Shown here: piece by piece, positions 58,893 through 64,000 of the stretch | How positions within the stretch are numbered: position 1 is the first letter of the stretch | Layout of the letters: every line of letters begins with the position of its first letter | Origin: Octopus vulgaris | Taxonomy: Eukaryota | Reading direction: 5' to 3' | DNA length: 64,000 bases | Assembly (NCBI GenBank): GCA_951406725.2 | Contig: OX597814.1 | Location: forward strand, 30,690,001 to 30,754,000 | Made by a program: the position numbers and the translations under genes | Notes under the pieces: generated by a model | What the model saw: only the letters and a program-made list of their open reading frames with translations | What the model was told of the DNA's origin: nothing | Databases searched by the model: none

Positions 58893-59576
58893 GGATCTTT
58901 ACCTTTTGACCTACAGATTTACTCTTTTATTTCTTCCAGTCATTTGACTGTGGCCATGCTGGAGCACCGCCTTTATTCGAGCAAATCGACCCCAGGACTT
59001 ATTTTTTGTAAGCCTAGTACTTATTCTATCGGTCTCTTTTGCCGAACCGCTAAGTTACGGGGGCGTAAAGACACCAGCTTCGGTTGTCAAGCGATGTTGG
59101 GGTAACAAATACAGACACACAAACATATACACACACATACATATATATATATATATACATATATACGACGTACTTCTTTCAGTTTCCGTCTACCACATCC
59201 ACTCACAAGGCTTTGGTCGGCCCGAAGCTATAGTCGAAGACACTTGCCCAAGTTGCCACGCAGTGGGACTGAACCCGGAACCATGTGGTTGGTAAGCAAA
59301 CTACTTACCACACAGCCACTCCTACAAAAAAAGAATTTTTTGCAACTAAGCACTTTCAAATTTCGGACACTGGTAGAATGTGTCATATAAAACATCTTTT
59401 ACTCTTAGCATTTTTGAGAAAAACTTATATTTACGAAGTAATTTCACGTTAAAGTAGTCCTATTTCGGTAATTTCAACCAATCAATGACGTGTATTCAGC
59501 TGAATAAAATTACTGCCGTTGTTTACAAGAACTTCCGGTGTATTTTTTAAATCTGTAGGTCAAAAGGTAAAGACCC
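58893..59576. mobile_element. MITE with ~29-bp TIRs and 8-bp TSD (Merlin-like), interrupted by a family B SINE
   Basis: CATTTTTC|GGATCTTTACCTTTTGACCTACAGATTTA...TAAATCTGTAGGTCAAAAGGTAAAGACCC|CATTTTTC. Confidence 0.8.
58923..59324 (-). mobile_element. SINE family B nested in the MITE
   Basis: Near full-length match to family B. Confidence 0.9.
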
Positions 59577-60147
59577 CATTTTTCTTCGAGCTATGCTGTG
59601 TATTACAAAATACTTAGCGATTCTCCACACAGGACAAAATTAATAGTATTGAGTTTTTTTGCGAAAGATTATTCTTCTCCGTTTGTAATGTTCGATTTTT
59701 CTGTTCGTTCGATGTCGTTGTTTCTTTTCTCAGTCTGCCTATCTTCCCTCTATGTGAGTATTTTATGACAAGGTTATATATGGAAGCGTATTTGTTTAAA
59801 CTAGTACTACTAGCAAAATGGTGATTACCTCTTCATGCTAGTCCCTAAAAAGCCATTATCGGTCTTCACTAACCACAGTTTACAGAGTATGGAAATATAA
59901 AATTGTTCAAAGACAAACTTAAGTGGCCACTGAAATGTTCATATGTGAAGTTATCGATAAAATATCCCGAAAAAATCTTTTTTCCCATCAAGTGTTAACG
60001 TGTTAAATCCAAAAGGAGAGAAATAGCGAGAGAAAAGGTAGAGCGATAGAGAGAGGGAGAGAGGGAAAGTGAGAGATAAATATACATATGCATATATATA
60101 TGTGTGGAGAGAGAGAAAGAGAGCATGAAACGAACATGTAAGCTCAT

Positions 60148-60384
60148 ACCTGTTTCTTTATTACCCACAAGGGGCTAAACATAGAGGGGACAAACAAGGA
60201 CAGACTAAGGGATTAAGTCGATTACATCGACTCCTGTGCGTAACTGGTACTTAATTTATCGACCCCAAAAGGATGAAAGGCAAAGCCGACATCGGCGAAA
60301 TTTGAACTCAGAACGGAGTGGCAGACGAAATACTGCTAAGCATTTCGCTCGACGTGCTAACGTTTCTGCCAGCTTGTCGCCTTT
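60148..60384 (-). mobile_element. SINE family A monomer
   Basis: Full unit flanked by ATGTAAGCT..TACC repeats. Confidence 0.9.
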
Positions 60385-60652
60385 ATGTAAGCTATTACCA
60401 AATACCAATATAACACCAAAGACGATGATAACGATGAGGATTTCTAGTATAGTCAAAAGATAACAGTTTTTTGTTGGGGCATGCTGTATATTTGGTAAAT
60501 TTTACTCTAGAACTTGAAAGGCACCGATTTCACCGAACGAAAAACGACGAAAGACAAATTGAACTCTGGTTGGTTTTTGGACAATACGGATTCTGTCAGT
60601 CTATGAATTCGGAAAGAAATCAACAATAAACGGCATATTTGCTTATACTACC

Positions 60653-60881
60653 TATTTCTTTATTACCCACAAGGGGTTAAACATAGAGGGGACAAACAAG
60701 GATAGACATAGGTATTAAGTCGATTACATCGACCCCAGTGCGTAACTGGTGCTTAATTTATCGACCCCGAAAGGATGAAAGGCAAAGTCGACCTCAGCGG
60801 AATTTGAACTCAGAACGTAACGACAGACGAAATACGGCTACGCATTTCGCCCGGCGTGCTAACGTTTCTGCCAGCTCGCCG
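60653..60881 (-). mobile_element. SINE family A monomer with 18-bp TSD
   Basis: ATATTTGCTTATACTACC on both sides. Confidence 0.9.
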
Positions 60882-61081
60882 TATATTTGCTTATACTACC
60901 ACGCCACGATGACAATTACATTGAACAAAGACGAACAATAGCTCTAACATTACTAACAACATAAAACTGAGTCACCAACAACGCCATCGACAACCTCGCC
61001 AAAACCATTAACAACCACGTTGATGACTCGTTTGCTAGATTGAAAACCTAATATTTCCCTCAACTCATACTCTTTCTTAGT

Positions 61082-61439
61082 GGAGGCGCAATGGCCTAGT
61101 GGTTAGGGCAGCGAACTCGCGGTTTCGATTCCCAGACCGGGCGTTGTGAGTGTTTATTGAGCGAAAACACCTAAAGCTCCACGAGGCTCCGGCAGGGGGG
61201 GGGGGTGGCGACCCCTGTTGTACTCTTTCGCCTCAACTTTCTCTCACTCCACTCTTATTTCCTGTTTCTGTTGTACCTATCACTCTCTGTGTCACGCTGA
61301 ATATCCCTGAGAACTACGTTAAGGGTGCACGTGTCTGTGGAGTGCTCAGCCACTTACACGTTAATTTCACGAGCAGGCTGTTCCAATGATTCGGATCAAC
61401 AGGAATCCTCATCGTCGTAACCGACGGAGTGCTTCCCAC
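61082..61439 (+). mobile_element. tRNA-derived SINE family C, near full length
   Basis: GGAGGCGCAATGGCCTAGTGGTTAGG head and GGTTTCGATTCCC B-box; matches 45196. Confidence 0.85.
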
Positions 61440-61942
61440 TTTTTCTTAAAAAAATAACAGAAAAGAAAAGAAAGGACGCATTGGATAATGTTATACATAC
61501 GGTGTGGTGTCGTAGGTGTGAAACATGATTTACAATATTATCAGCAACACTATTATATCCTCCAGAAATTGCATTTCCACAAACAACATAACCAGTCCCA
61601 TCAACAATGTCGCCAGGAGCGCTGCTAGTACACGGGGTCAAGTACCACCAGTTGTAGAACAGACGTCATTATTCACTGACAGCAAGCATCACAAAGAATT
61701 TGAACTTGTATCGCAGACGGTGACATATGAACAATGATTGGTCTTTGGACAAGGAAAAAAAATCACACCCTACTATCACCTCCACAAACATCATTTAGGT
61801 TATCGCTGTCAACTTCCAGCGTCTTCATAACCAACTCCAGTTTTATCAGAAACAACCAACAGACAACATTAACATCAGCATTACCATTAACACCCAAACG
61901 CTTAGCAAATTATGTCTGAGCAAGTTGCTTCTGCTACTGAAG

Positions 61943-62448
61943 TTCCTCCCCCTCCTCCTCGTCGTTATCCTCCTCCTCCTCGTCGTTATCCTCCTCCTCT
62001 TCGTCGTTATCCTCCTCCTCCTCCTCGTCCTCCTCCTTCGTCCTCTCCATCTTCCCTGTTCTCCTTTTCTTCACTCTCTTCTCTTTTCCGGCTCCTCTTC
62101 TTTTTCCTGCCCCCCTTCCTGCTTTTCCTCCTCCTCTTCTTTTTCCTGCCCCTACCTCCTCTTCCTCTCCTTCTTCCTCCCCCTGTCCCTCCTCTTCCTC
62201 CGCTTCTTTCTCCACTCCCCTTCCTCCTCCTCCTCCTCCTCTTCCTCCGCTTCTTCCTTCGCTTCTTCCTCCTCCTCTTTCTCCGCTTCTTCCTCCACTT
62301 CTTCCTCCTCTTCTTTCTCCTCTTCTTCCACCTCTTCATCCTCCACTTCCTCCTCCCCATCCTCTCCTTTTCATCCCCCCTCCTCCTCCTCCTCCTCCTC
62401 CTCCTCCTCCTCCTCCTCCTCCTACCACCACCACCACCACCACCACCA
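61943..62448. repeat. Polypyrimidine (CCT/CTT) low-complexity tract
   Basis: About 500 bp of almost only C/T on the plus strand. Confidence 0.9.
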
Positions 62449-62832
62449 AAAATGAGAAATGCTGAGTTGCTTCTATAAAGTAGCGAAAACAAATTTACAG
62501 CACAATGTAACTGTTGAAATATCTACCATTTACCCAATTACTGTGTTATCAATTAATTTACACTGATATCTTCTCACTTCTATATTAGCAAATGTGATAA
62601 TTAAATGGCGAAAAAATAAAAAAAAAGACCGACATTTGAAACGAATATCACCGTGGTAATACAGACTAATACATTTCATGTACATGCGTGCATGCATACA
62701 TACATACATACATACATACATACATACATACATACGTATATACATACATACATGCATACATGCATAAGTGTTTGTATACATATACACTCGCGCACACAGA
62801 CCTACATAAGATTTTATTTACTGCTGCTGCTG

Positions 62833-62871
<39 letters not shown>

Positions 62872-64000
62872 TATGTATGCGATTAGTTGGTAGGCGGTGC
62901 TGAATTTTACAATCTGTAAATAGTCTAATATTAGAGCATATAAGCCCTCGACGGAAAAAAAGTAGAGGCTGCCGAATTATTTATCTTAGTCAATCCATGG
63001 CGATCGCTTATAAGCTTTATATATATATATTAAATGGCCAACACCGATGAAACAGCGAACACTAAGATCTTTAAATTTGACTAACCCATCTTTCTGCTTT
63101 AAATGCAATAATGTTGTAGAGAATAAACATTTGGAATAAATAACTTGTTCTAGGGAAGAAGTGATACTAAAAAAGGTTCATATTACTGTAAAAATGAATT
63201 ACTGATCAATAAAGGTATAACCGAAAAATCTAGAATAAAGAAGGACCGGGGTATGACATAGGGTGACTACTAGGAGGATTTTGACCGCGTACCTCAAATG
63301 TGGGTCCTGAAGCAATTAATCATGAAAACGAGAGCACAAATGATGATCTGGTTAATTTTATCTGATAAATGGTAAATAATTCTAAAACCACAAATTAAAT
63401 ACAGAATTATGAAAACTAATTATAAAAAATACCATATGAGCAGAAATATTCCAAGCCACTATCTCGCTCCACATATTTCTCCACACCTTTACCCTCATCT
63501 GAATTCTGTGTAGTTTTAATATATTAAGCCGTAGCGGATTCTTCTATGGAAGGACTCAACTGCTTTTATTTATTCTCGACCTCAAGCAGTATACTGTTGA
63601 TGATAAACAATTAAAGAAACGCTTCTCCGCACATTACAGGAATTTACTTGATGAATGTTTATACGCCAATATCAATATCAGCCAGGATAAAGAAATACAG
63701 ATGAGGAAGATAGGTTAACATAGACATAGAAATACTTAAGAATCTATGAAGTAGACAGTGTACAACAAACAAACGAGATAATGGATTAGAAGAAACAATA
63801 TAGACAGATTTAATTAAACAAGACTAAATGAAAACTAGGGTAATAGCCATAAATATTATGCTGTTCCTGTAATAATTTACTGTTATAATATTCTCAGTTA
63901 GAAAATAATTGAATTAGCAACATTAGACAGAGAAATATAAGAAAAATAATGACTTTATTTAGAATATGCAACTTCAATTCTGACATAGAGAGATTATATT

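Noticed and set aside
61912-62492. Proline-rich or acidic protein ORFs
   Set aside because: Open in several frames on both strands because of CCT/CTT low complexity; no domain or splice evidence.

Overview
AT-rich, microsatellite-dense eukaryotic DNA with no recognisable host protein-coding exon. The SINE repertoire and repeat landscape suggest an octopus or other coleoid cephalopod intron or intergenic region; this is inferred from recall, not from a search. Nearly all listed ORFs are microsatellite artefacts. Real coding remnants are retroelement and transposon fragments: R4/Dong-like LINE pieces, an RTE LINE 3' end, a Tx1-like LINE with four extra 3' fragments (four of the five copies sit in (TATC)n), and Tc1/mariner transposase fragments. 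Also present are four tRNA-derived SINE families, Tc1/mariner MITEs, two Helitron copies, a Merlin-like MITE and a 15-copy 216/219-bp satellite that appears SINE-derived. The main hidden signal is about 13 mostly unrelated, minimal type I hammerhead-ribozyme motifs (CUGANGA...GAAA, palindromic stem III). Several lie in small fold-back or partially tandem elements inserted into (TA)n, resembling Penelope-type pseudo-LTRs or retrozymes. The best case is a 681-bp element (492-nt monomer plus 189-bp terminal redundancy) with an intact hammerhead at 44366-45046. All folds were read by eye, and SINE and LINE boundaries are approximate.
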